Positions 31,605 to 43,103 of a DNA stretch of 64,000 nucleotides are shown here, piece by piece; positions within the stretch are counted from its first letter, which is position 1; every line of letters begins with the position of its first letter. The stretch lies in the NCBI RefSeq assembly GCF_009914755.1, contig NC_060931.1; one strand, written 5' to 3'. Below the pieces are notes generated by a model. It had not been told where the DNA came from. It did not search any database and was given only the letters and a program-made list of their open reading frames with translations. A program made the position numbers and the translations under genes. Origin of the DNA: the human T2T-CHM13v2.0 reference genome, Homo sapiens.

Positions 31605-32105
31605 TATATTTGTTTCCTATGGCTGTGGCCACCATAATGCTGTTTGCTTAAAAATCCACAATTATTATCTTATCTTATAGTTCAGAAGTTTCACACAGAT
31701 CTCACTGGGCCAAAATCTGTGCCAGTAGGCCTGCATTCATTCTGGAGGCTCTAGGAGAAAATCAGTTTTGTGATATTTTCCAGCTTTTAGAAGCTGCATG
31801 CATTATTTAGCTCATGGCTCCTTCAATCTGCAAAGCCAGCAATGGCCGGTCATATTATTCTCATATCCCCTCACTCTGATACAGAGTCTTCTGCCTTGGT
31901 CACCCACTTTTATCATCACTTCTGATTACATTGGGCCTACCTGACTAAGACAAGATAATCTGTCTATCTTAAGGTTAGCTGATTTGCAGCCTTATGTCTA
32001 TTTTTCATGTAAATTATTTTCTTGCCATATACAGTAACACATTCATAGTTTCTAAAGATTTAAATGTGGACATCTTGGGGAAGGGGACATTATTTGCCTA
32101 TCAAA
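31605..32105 (-). mobile_element. MaLR MLT1 LTR
   Basis: TTCTGGAGGCTCTAGGAGAAAATC, GATTACATTGGGCCTACC, GGACATCTTGGGG. Confidence 0.75.
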
Positions 32106-32178
32106 CTCAGTAAATATAAACATTTCAGATTACAAAAGTTATCATAAAATTAATCAAAACCTGATGAACAAGTGGCTT

Positions 32179-32290
32179 ATGTGTGTGTGTGTATATATAT
32201 ATATGTATATACACACATATGTATAAAGATGTATATATATACACATATATATAAAGATATATATACACATATATAAAGATATATATAATA
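32179..32290. repeat. (TG)/(TA) compound microsatellite with ATAAAGAT units
   Basis: Visible; three TATAAAGAT anchors. Confidence 0.9.
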
Positions 32291-33842
32291 ATAAATCTTG
32301 GGATATTAAACTATTTTTAAATAATCTTGGAATCAGGATGGATGCAATATCTTTTTATGGATAAATAAAGTGAGGCATGGATGGGTTAAATTACTTAGTC
32401 AAGGTCATATAATATAGAATAATTGACATGAGGATACAGGCACTTTCTACTTGACTTCACTATTGCATTCCATTTGGGAAGACAGGCCATATTGTAATAC
32501 AATTAGAAAAATCTATCACGTGGTTAACTTTTTTTTAATTCATAAAGCTTGAGGTGATAAATTTACATTACCAGGGTAATCTGAAAATATTAAATAAGTT
32601 TATTGCTTGATGTTGGCCAAATGACATTCCTGTAAGTATGTGATGCAAGGGGTATTTTGATGCTCCAGGTGACCTAATTTAAGAAATTGTTTTCAGATGT
32701 GACCAGGTGCATATTCACCCAGTTCATTCCATTGTAATAGGGCAATACTGTGTAATGTGTACAAAGTACATTCTTTTTGTAAGAAGCTGAAGTTCACCAT
32801 TTGCTGATCTCATTACGCAGAATTGCGCACTTAAATGAACAAATATTTCGGGAGTTATTTTTAAATGAGTCAAGATGGTCAATACGGAGGAAAAATATAA
32901 ACATTTGTGATGATGGTATAGACTTAGGAAAAGGTGAACACAGACTTAAGATTTGCCCCTAAGTAACCATTCACCTTCAAATTTATGTGGTTTCAAATTG
33001 TATTTTGAAGTTTTATTTGTACTAGAGAGTAGCTTTTATTCTTCAGGGATAACTGAAAGCTAAACAAACACTCTGCATGTTTATACACAGTCACATAGAA
33101 ATGCTTTAAAAATGCTGTCCCCCTTGCACTTCTGTGCTTTGTAAAACAGGCACAGACAGTGCTATTTATATTTGTAATAAAGCATTTAGATTAATTTTTA
33201 TGGTTTGCCACAGATTCATTTTGAGAGGCACTGTGACACGCCGGTTTTGGGTATTAGACTCTGACCTTTATCCTTAGCAACTAGACTGCTATACATTTCG
33301 ATTCCCTCCACTCCATCACAACACCCCCAGACTATTTCGAGTAAATTCTTTTTGTGTGTGCCATCAGGTTTCTAAAGAGGCTCACAGAGAGAACTGTCAC
33401 CACACAAGGGAGAAAGCAAGCAAAAAGAAAGAAATAGAAGTCTTGTCAGAACTATTTTTGTTTTCAATACTTAGTTTCCTTAAAAGCTAAATAGAACAGG
33501 TTTATAAGCTGCATATGAGGAGCTGAGAACTTTCAGCTTAGTATGAGAGCCATGCTGTAGTTTCTGGTAGTTTAGTGAAGGAGTTACAAAACAGCAGTGT
33601 CTCATTTCCTTTTCCTGACAGCTCTTATCTTGGTTTCCCATGCTTCCATCGATGTACTTTGGGGTGAGCATAGGAATCTCATTCTTAGTCTTTTTTTTTT
33701 TTTTTTTTTTTTAGATCCTGAGTGTTGACTCCATTAGGACTTCTAATTTCACTAAGTGATGCAATCATTTTTAAAATTTACTTTTATTTTACCATCTTTA
33801 TTAGTCTTTTAATCCAATGCTTTATGCTTAGTTCCTAAATTA

Positions 33843-34199
<357 letters not shown>

Positions 34200-37100
34200 T
34201 TACCAACTAACTCTCACTTTCCAGGAAAGTTATCATCACTAAGCAGTCATAGTACAAAATGCTTTTAATGTTATGGGGTTATTTTTAATTATGTATAAAC
34301 ATTGTATTTACGTTAATATGTATATTAGTATTCTGGCCAAAAATAATAAGCCCAATGACAAAGACAACTCATAATTTAAGTTTGAAAAAATCTTCCATGA
34401 GAATCATCATCATATTCATCTAGTGATATACTAAGAAATGTTCCCTATAACTGTTATAACAAGTTGTAAGCAAGTAACCACATCAAACTAGAGTTGAAAT
34501 TGAATATACTTAAAACTGACTCAGCCATCGGGGGAAAGGTCCACTATGCTTGCACGCCTGCTGCATTGGCCACACCCCAATTTATAAGAAGTATTATCAG
34601 GTTTAAAAACAATGGGATCACAGTGCAGATCAGAATTATTATTTTTTTAATTTAAGAAGGAGGAGTCTAGGTCTAAACTTACACAGAAACACTAGTACAT
34701 AGAGTTGAGGTCAAGATTATTTGGTAAATCTCCAGCTGGTAGTTGGGATGCATAAGAACATAGTAGCAATTGAGCCAAAAAGAATATTTAAAGACAAAAA
34801 GGCTTAGAATGAGAAAATGGTTCTGAATTAGGTGGTCAAGAAGAAAAATCAGAGTTTCTTCTATAAATGCACAGAATTATAGGGAGTCAGTCTATCTCAT
34901 CTCGTTATCGGAACACAGTCATGGTCTTGAGCTTGAGAAGCTAGTTTTTATAGTTACAGATACCACTGCTCTTGGCTTTGGAAGCCGGAATTAAGCAACT
35001 GCTGGAGCTCTGCACTTGACTTCAGGCAGAACAGGAATCTTTGCTTTAGAGTAGAATTTTCATCTTTCTTCATTGAAAGTTGTATAAAGACAAGGGGTAC
35101 CTTGATATGATATTTCATACCAGGAGCTGATGAGAGAATCTACTTAGAACAATATAAGGCAATATGTATCTGGAGATAAGGAAAGTTTTAGGCAAGAGTT
35201 AATCTTGTTCCCTCAAATGACACCAGAAAATAATATAGGTATATCCTTACCCCACAGATGAAGGAATCACTGGTGTTTCCTTTTCTTTATTTGATAGATG
35301 ATCCCATCTATCCAAAGTTTTGGCCCTAAAAGCAATTCTATCATTTATACCTTACCATTTGTCCATCTTCTTCACCGCTCCTAGTATTGCACAGGTGACC
35401 CTAATTTAGAGATAATAGCACAGAGGCTTTCTATGCAGCACAGCTCTTCTTAGAAACTGGGTGGCTTATTTTTCCACTTTCACCTTGAAAGTTTGCATCC
35501 CTGCCCATTTCCCATTCTCTCACTTATCACTATGGACCAGCTCTGGGGCATGCTGCAAAGAAACCCGAGAGAACATTCCCAGAGATAAGCCTACTGTTAT
35601 TCTGCAAGCTGAAGGTATATACTACAGCTCAAAACGGGTTTTTATTCCTTTCAGTCAATGCTGTGAACAGCAACTGCATTCCAGTTCTTAGTTACATTAT
35701 CCCTATCCCAATGCCATTATGTAATTAGAATAAGCTGTAACAGCCATAGCCAAGAGTTTTCTTCTCAAGAAATTACAGAAGTGACCATGTGCCAGAGACA
35801 CACATTGCTAAGTAAGTTTGCAGTCAGCTTAATTGCTTCCAAAACACAAAAGTAAAAAGAAAAAATAAATAAATAAATAGCTACAGAGAAACTAGGCGAT
35901 TGGAAGTACATCCTAGAACATAGCACTCTGGACAAAGAGTGTGTGGGAGTGTTATTGCCCTTCTTAGGCTTCTCCATTAATTAACTTCAGAAATGAGACA
36001 TAATATTCAATAATTTTTGGATACTTTTTCCCACTCTGGATATTATAAAGCATGGGCCCAAGGTTTTGCTAGTTGGTCATTAATAGATGTCTTCAGTTTT
36101 AGCAGTAATTTCCTGGTGATTGCCTTAAATATTGTATGTATTGCTTCATCATCCAGAGTATTTTACCCACAGATTTAACTTAGCATAGCTTCCAAATTCT
36201 AGGTAGAGTGTAACTCAGCTATAATCTACCTCTGGAATTAGTTCCCTAATGAAGAGTCAAGGCTCTTTACTGAATCCCCCATGGGTTATGACAGCACAGA
36301 TTTTATTGGAGGTGCCTAATAATAATAATATATATATATTTTTGTTTGTTCTCTCCAACTTAGCTTCCAGAGGGCAGGAAAGCTTCCTTGTTTTTGCAGA
36401 CTTAATCCTAATATCTAAGAGAATATTGAATGATATATAAATATTTGCTGGACAAATCCTGATGCTTCAAGTCTGGTCTGTGGTGGGCTGCTGAGAAACA
36501 TAATTCTCAGAGATGCAATCTGGCATTCTCACGAGGACCCACTGAAACTTACAATATAGTAGAAGGAAAGCAAAGCACAGGCATTTTGTTTATGTGAGAC
36601 TTGCTTAAGAAAGAAATTTGTCCAGGATTTGCTATCAAGTGAGAGAAACTGTCTACTCCATATTCTGGCATAATAAAAGGGGAGTACCTTGTGCCACCTC
36701 TGGACCTCTCAAGGTAGATTTAGAGTGCTTGTTTTTGAAGACATTCAATGATTGCAAATAATACATGCTTATTGGGCATGCTTTCAAAACCAATTCAATT
36801 TCTAGAAAAACACTTGCCAATAAAAGCCTTGTAGGAATGGAACACACACAATAACTATGCCTAGGGCCTTGCCTCATTCCTTTCTGCAGGGATTTATGAA
36901 ATATTGCCCATGAGATTTTGTAAATGAGGTCCTTAAGCCTAACACGCCATCACTTTGCTGGTTAAATAATGAAAAGACAGGATTTGTCTTAGGCACAGTA
37001 AATCACGGAATGGTTTAGAGTATGCTGCCTTGGACACACTGCTAGGGGAGTGTGTTTTTAAAGTGAAAAGATCTATATGAAGTGATATTACAGTATCAGA

Positions 37101-38964
37101 CACACTCAGTTAAGTCTTACTTAGCAACGTGCAGCTTTTGCATCACAATTATTCCAGTCACTCTCAAGAAATAGAGGTAGGTCAAATTTAATCAGGAAGT
37201 GGTCCAATGTTGTGATGGCACCCAGGATTTATTTCTTTAGAATGTGTTAGCATTTCTAGCTTTTCCCTTTAGTTGGCTTAAGAAATTGGTATGTTGTATG
37301 ATCTGAGCAATTATGTGAATTCCCATGAGTAAGCACAGGTTTCTCTACAGACTCAAAAGATTTTAAGTATTCCTAGATGACTCTTTCCTGCACAAAGATT
37401 ACTGATTCAAATAATCTGAGACCTCATGCATATAGAAGAGTATCATAAGACTTTCACTTTGAATTTGCTAGAATCTTATCTTCATCTGAGATTCCAGCAT
37501 TTAACTTTGCCTGTAAAAAGGGGAAATGTAGGCTGTTTGTGAAAATATACACTGAGGTAGTTGTTGAAACTTTCAAGTTCACCCTGTCTTAGAGGTTCGC
37601 TTCTGAAGCAGCGCTCAGCTTACCTCCTGGTAGGAGGAACACACATACACTAAATGCTTCTCTAAGGAGACAAGCATCCCATGTGACCTTTTCCTTCTGT
37701 ATTCTTAACACTGATTTATCACCATTGCAGCTGTTTAGCATTTTGCAGGGTGGTGCACTTCCCCTCCCATCTCTGCTTTTTCTCCCTTCTTCATAGTCCC
37801 TGTCTGCAAAAGAGCCCTGTATTTTAAATATTTTATACTCAGCAGCAGTAAATGTTTTCAGGCGTTGGGTAACACTATCGCTGCTATGAGAGAAAAGAGT
37901 TGAAAACATCTGTGATGCCAAACTTCGTGGAAAAGAAAAAAAATAACAAAGCATTGTTTGTCACACTGTCACTAAACATTATCCCTCAGAATCAGTCCTA
38001 TTTGTATATGAAAACTTCAATTGCAGGGTCTGAAAAAGAAAAGCTCAGGATTTTCTAGAATAAAAACAGATCATCTTTTTAAGCTAAAGAATAGAAGCTT
38101 TTAAATTACTCTCTGGGAAGGTCTGTAGGAAAAAATAAATAATTCTAGGAAGAATAATGTGTGTATTATGAAACCATTATTAAGATTTCAAAACAGTAAG
38201 AGACAATTGAAGAACCCATTGTAAGTAGTGATTGTCATTTAGCGGAGATCTACTTTTAACCCAGGATTGTTATATTTCAAACTGAGGTCAAGGAAAAGAA
38301 AGGTTTCTTTGGCATCCATCAGATAAATCAGCCCACCTTTTCCAAAGCTCCTGCTGATAAATACGGTGCTTCCCTGATTTAACTCTTAAACATTGTCTGT
38401 GTGAGTAGAAGATAAAGGACAAGGCAAGATCTGCTCTTGGCTCATTTTCCCAATATAGGCAAAGCGCTCACCTTCATTTTCTTGGTTCCTTGAAAATAGA
38501 AAAAAATTTTTAAAAATGTTATGACTGCCATACCTGGTGGGAAATCACTGGAGTTGAACTTGTCACCCTCTTAATCCACTTATGATGATAGAGTGCTGAT
38601 TTGTGCATCTAATTATTGAAGCCTAATTATTGCTGCAGTGAAATCAATGTGGCATGTTAAATATGCGCCACACTCCCAGGAATGAGACCTGTGCTTCCCC
38701 TTCTTCTCATGTTAGTGGTGACCTTATTTATAATCTTATTCAAACAAAAGCTTTGTCAAAGATTCAAAGTCACCCTTCACAGGCATTGAGAGCTCTTCAG
38801 TGTGTGTCTGAAGGTTATATGTAATGAAGTTTGGCTTAATAAGTAGAAATTACTAATTTATTAGAGTTCCTTGAGGTGGAAAAGAGGAATGTAGATTAAA
38901 AAAAAATCTCATAGATGCATTTTACAAAGTATTTAAAAAGCAGTTTTGAAAATGTTCCACACCA

Positions 38965-39261
38965 GCCGGCACGGTGGCTCACGCCTGTAATCCCAGCACT
39001 TTCGGAGGCCGAGGCAGTCTGATCACTTGAGGTCAGGAATTCGAGACCAGCCTGGCCAACACGGTGAAACGCCGTATCTACAAAAAATACAAAAATAGCT
39101 GGGCGCAGTGGCAGGTGCCTGTAATCCCAGCTACTTGGGAGGCTGAGGCAGTAGAATTGCTTGAACCTGGGAGTCAGAGGTTGCAGTGAGCCCAAGATCA
39201 TGCTACTGCACTCCAGCCTGGGCGACGGAGTGAGACTCCATCTCACGAAAAACAGACAAAC
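38965..39261 (+). mobile_element. AluS with 17-bp TSD
   Basis: Full dimer; TSD GAAAATGTTCCACACCA at 38948-38964 and 39262-39278. Confidence 0.95.
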
Positions 39262-41157
39262 GAAAATGTTCCACACCAAGAGTTACTAATCATATAAATG
39301 CTATATTCCTTGGGTGGGGAGTATTCTTTTTTTTTCCTCAGAAAACGAACTGGCTTAAGAGATTAAAATAAAACACTCAGAATACACATGATCATTTCTG
39401 GTATGGAAACAGCAACTAGAAGAAGAAAAGAATTAAGTTCCCTGGGGTCAGAATGCTGATGGATTATGTTTATCTTGTTAATTATATGATGGTGATGAGC
39501 ATTATGGTTTGCATTGTCAAGAATCACTCCTTAATACTCTGTTTCAGAGGTCACAGGTGTGACCCAAGAAACTGTATTTTTCAGTCTTGACCGACAATGT
39601 TATATTTATAGCAATTTGCTATGTGTCACATGCTCTTTTAAGAATTTCACATGAATTACTTCCATTATCCCTCCTACCAACCCCGACATGTATGCTATAC
39701 CCATTTTATGGTTTAAGAAGCTGAGGCAAAGAAAAGTTAAACAACTTCCCTAAAATCACAGTGAATGGCAGAGTTACAAGTCTATATAAAGATGTGTTCT
39801 AAGTGATGACCTAGAAAAAGAAAATGGACATAATTGATGACCGTTGGCTAAAAATGATGCTTCCCTGTGCAACTCCTCTCCAAAAGGCCTTAAGTATACT
39901 GACTTCTATTAAACATAGCACTTCAGTCACACATAGACTCTGTTTTATTGAGGTTTAAGAAAAATATTCGTTTGCCTTCATTGGTTATTTATTTGGTTGC
40001 TCATTTTGGAATGTGCAGCTTTATTAGTAAAAGGGGGCTTAGTGTTCTTAATGATGTAAAGGAACAAAAAAGTAACAAATCACTGGGTTTTCCTGTCTAT
40101 TGCTGGCCAGGGATCTATTTCTCCTCACTTTTTTGCTTTGATGGGTGTGTGTCTGTGTGTGTGTTCCAAAAGACTCAAGCAGCTTCATGGGTTTATGGAG
40201 GCTCAGTAGACAGAAATAATGGAGTAAAAAAGGAAAATGTGAATTCATTCTGAAAAGAGTGTCTAAGAGAGGAGAGATGACAAAATCAGATATTTAATGT
40301 AGTGGAACAAATGCTGGGAGAGGCTGAGAACAAGACTTAGCAGGGCTGTTTTGATTTTCTCACAGGTATCTTATAATCACCCAGTGATGGTGGGATGTAA
40401 GTATGGAGGTTGAAGGCAGAGACACAGTATTGTAATGCTGCATTTTAGGATGACTTCAATCAAGCAAAATCAACTTTGTGTCAAGTCCTGCTTGGTGATA
40501 GCTATGAGTTAACAAAAAGGGCAGAAACTTTCAGCTACAGCATTTCCATTTATCAATAAATTTACATTGCTATAAAATTAATCATTGGATTGTCAACTGT
40601 TACATAGATGTTTCAAATGAAGTGTCTTTTCTTGTCAATAGGAATAGAAGCTTATAAAAACACAGGGACAGTGGTTTTTGCTCTTGTGGATGGCCTTTAA
40701 TACCTAGCAAAACCCTGGACGTCAAGAACTGAACTGAATTTAATTGACTATATTATATTATATCAATGTATCTTTAACTTGCTCTTTGTCTATCCCTGTG
40801 ACCCAAAAAGTGATGTGTCCAATTCTGGGCTATTCAATTTAAGGTTTCCACTTCTTGCTCTTTATTTGATTGAAGTTGGATGAGAGAAAATAAAGCCTAT
40901 GTAATATATAATATATTGATGTTATATTCACATACACATATGCTTTTACAAAAGCAAGTTTTGGCCTAAGCTACACTTTAGAATCCTATCATTGTACTTT
41001 TATCAAATGAGGTTAGTATCTAAAAATAATAGATACAATTATTGGCAGAAATTTCTCATTAAAATAAAGAAATAAACATCAAAGGCAGGTCTGAACACAG
41101 AAAGTTTGCATCCTAAATTTTTTTTCATGGAGATCACAAATTCCCTGAAGCATCAAA

Positions 41158-41818
41158 CATATATATATTCTGGAGATATATATATATATATATATTTTTT
41201 TTTTTTGAGATATATATATATATATTTTCTGGATATATATATATTTTCTGGATATATATATATTCTGGACATATATATATTCTGGATATATATATCCTGG
41301 ACATATATATATATATTCTGGATATATATATCCTGGACATATATATATATATATATATATTCTGGATATATATATATATATTCTGGATATATATATATAT
41401 ATTCTGGATATATATATATATATTCTGGATATATATATCCTGGACATATATATATATATATTCTGGATATATATATATATATATTCTGGATATATATATA
41501 TATTCTGGATATATATATCCTGGACATATATATATATATTCTGGATATATATATCCTGGACATATATATATATATATATATATATTCTGGATATATATAT
41601 CCTGGACATATATATATATATATATTCTGGATATATATATATTCTGGATATATATATATATTCTGGATATATATATATATATTCTGGATATATATATATA
41701 TATATTCTGGATATATATATCCTGGACATATATATATATATTCTAGATATATATATTCTGGATATACACATATTCTGAATATAGATATAGATACAGATAT
41801 AGATATAGATATATTCTG
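41158..41818. repeat. AT-rich minisatellite/VNTR: (TA)n-TTCTGGA and (TA)n-TCCTGGAC units
   Basis: About 30 units of variable (TA) length directly visible. Confidence 0.97.
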
Positions 41819-42419
41819 TAGTCTACTGCCCATTAGCTGAAGAAAACATGGTCACTGGCTCATATTTAAAGTAAGAGAAAAAAATTACTTCTCCTTCGGA
41901 TACATTTGTCAAAGCTCCAAAGAAATAAACAATCTGTGAATAGTTCAGCACAATTATATATTTACAAAGCATAGTGGATTTAGTCTAACATTTTCCCACC
42001 TGGAAAAACTGGGCTTAAGTATCTCCGACAAACAAAAAGCAATACTGCGTTCTTCCCAATATGCCATGTCACCTTTGTAGCACTCACACACTTGCAGGGA
42101 AGGGACTCGGGGTTGGGGGTGGTTCTGATGTAGAAATTGCAGATGGAGAGCTGGGCTCTGGGGATGGAAATGGAGAGAAGCGAAAAAGAGCCTGGAGAAA
42201 AGGCTGTCATATTTGCTCAGAAGAACCGCCAAATCAGAGAGCACAGAAGATTTCATTGGAGGAGCGCCTTCAACAGCAACTAATCCTGTCATACTGAAAG
42301 AAAATTGTAAATGTTCTCTCCAGAAATTGTCCGCCCATTGCAGCTAATCGAACACACACGCACGAATACAGACACGCTCTCCTGCTGTACTAAAGGCGCC
42401 AGGGCGCAAAGACCTAGGG

Positions 42420-42431
42420 AGCGCGCGCGGG

Positions 42432-42464
<33 letters not shown>

Positions 42465-42480
42465 ACACACACTCACACAC
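42420..42480. repeat. (CG)n-(CA)n alternating purine-pyrimidine tract
   Basis: GCGCGCGCGGGCACACACAC... Confidence 0.95.
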
Positions 42481-42771
42481 TCCAGGCTGCGGGTTGGCCA
42501 GAGCCTGGAAATCGCAGATTTCACCAGGAAATCGCCGAGGTACCCGAATAGGTGTTGCCTCCCAAAACTAATTCCTACTTCCCCAAGCACTTTGGTGAAG
42601 AAATGAATCCAGCCCAGCTCGCCGAGGCATCCAGGTCTCCATTCTATTTTGGTCTCCAGGCTCTTCGTGAAAGCCAGGTTTGAAAGTCTTGTTTGCTTCT
42701 CCTTTAGTGGTTTGGCGTGGAGGGCGGGGGCAGCGTCAATTTAACTCCAGTCTAAACCACGAACAGGTCAC

Positions 42772-43103
42772 AGACTAGCCAAGTGGCTGAGACGAGTGTG
42801 GGGTGCGTGACTCTGCCTGCGCGCGCGCCAGCCCCGCAGCTCTCGCCAGAGCCTTGGGGTCGGTTCTCTCCCGCCTCTCCCGCCTCTCCCGCCCCACCCC
42901 TACAGTGTCTCGGCATCAACTAATCTTTTCCTTTTCTTTTGCAAGATCAAGGGAGAAAGAGAACCGGCAGCTGGCCTCGGACTCTAAGCGGTGCGCAGCT
43001 CCAGCCCGAGCGGATCGGCCCTGAACCCACAAAGGACTCCTCGCTCCTTCAAGCCTCCACCACCTCGCAGCCGGGGAGGCAACTGGAGCGAAACCAGCGA
43101 CAG
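42772..43103 (+). other. Putative non-coding first (5' UTR) exon of a + strand gene with a long first intron
   Basis: Strong donor CAG|GTAAGG at 43103/43104; no ATG in the interval; start inferred ~30 bp after the TATA-like element. Gene not determinable here (unverified recollection: SEMA6D distal exon 1). Confidence 0.6.

Noticed and set aside
41079-41840. 226-244 aa Ile/Tyr-rich ORFs on both strands
   Set aside because: Translations of the stop-free (TA)n VNTR; not genes
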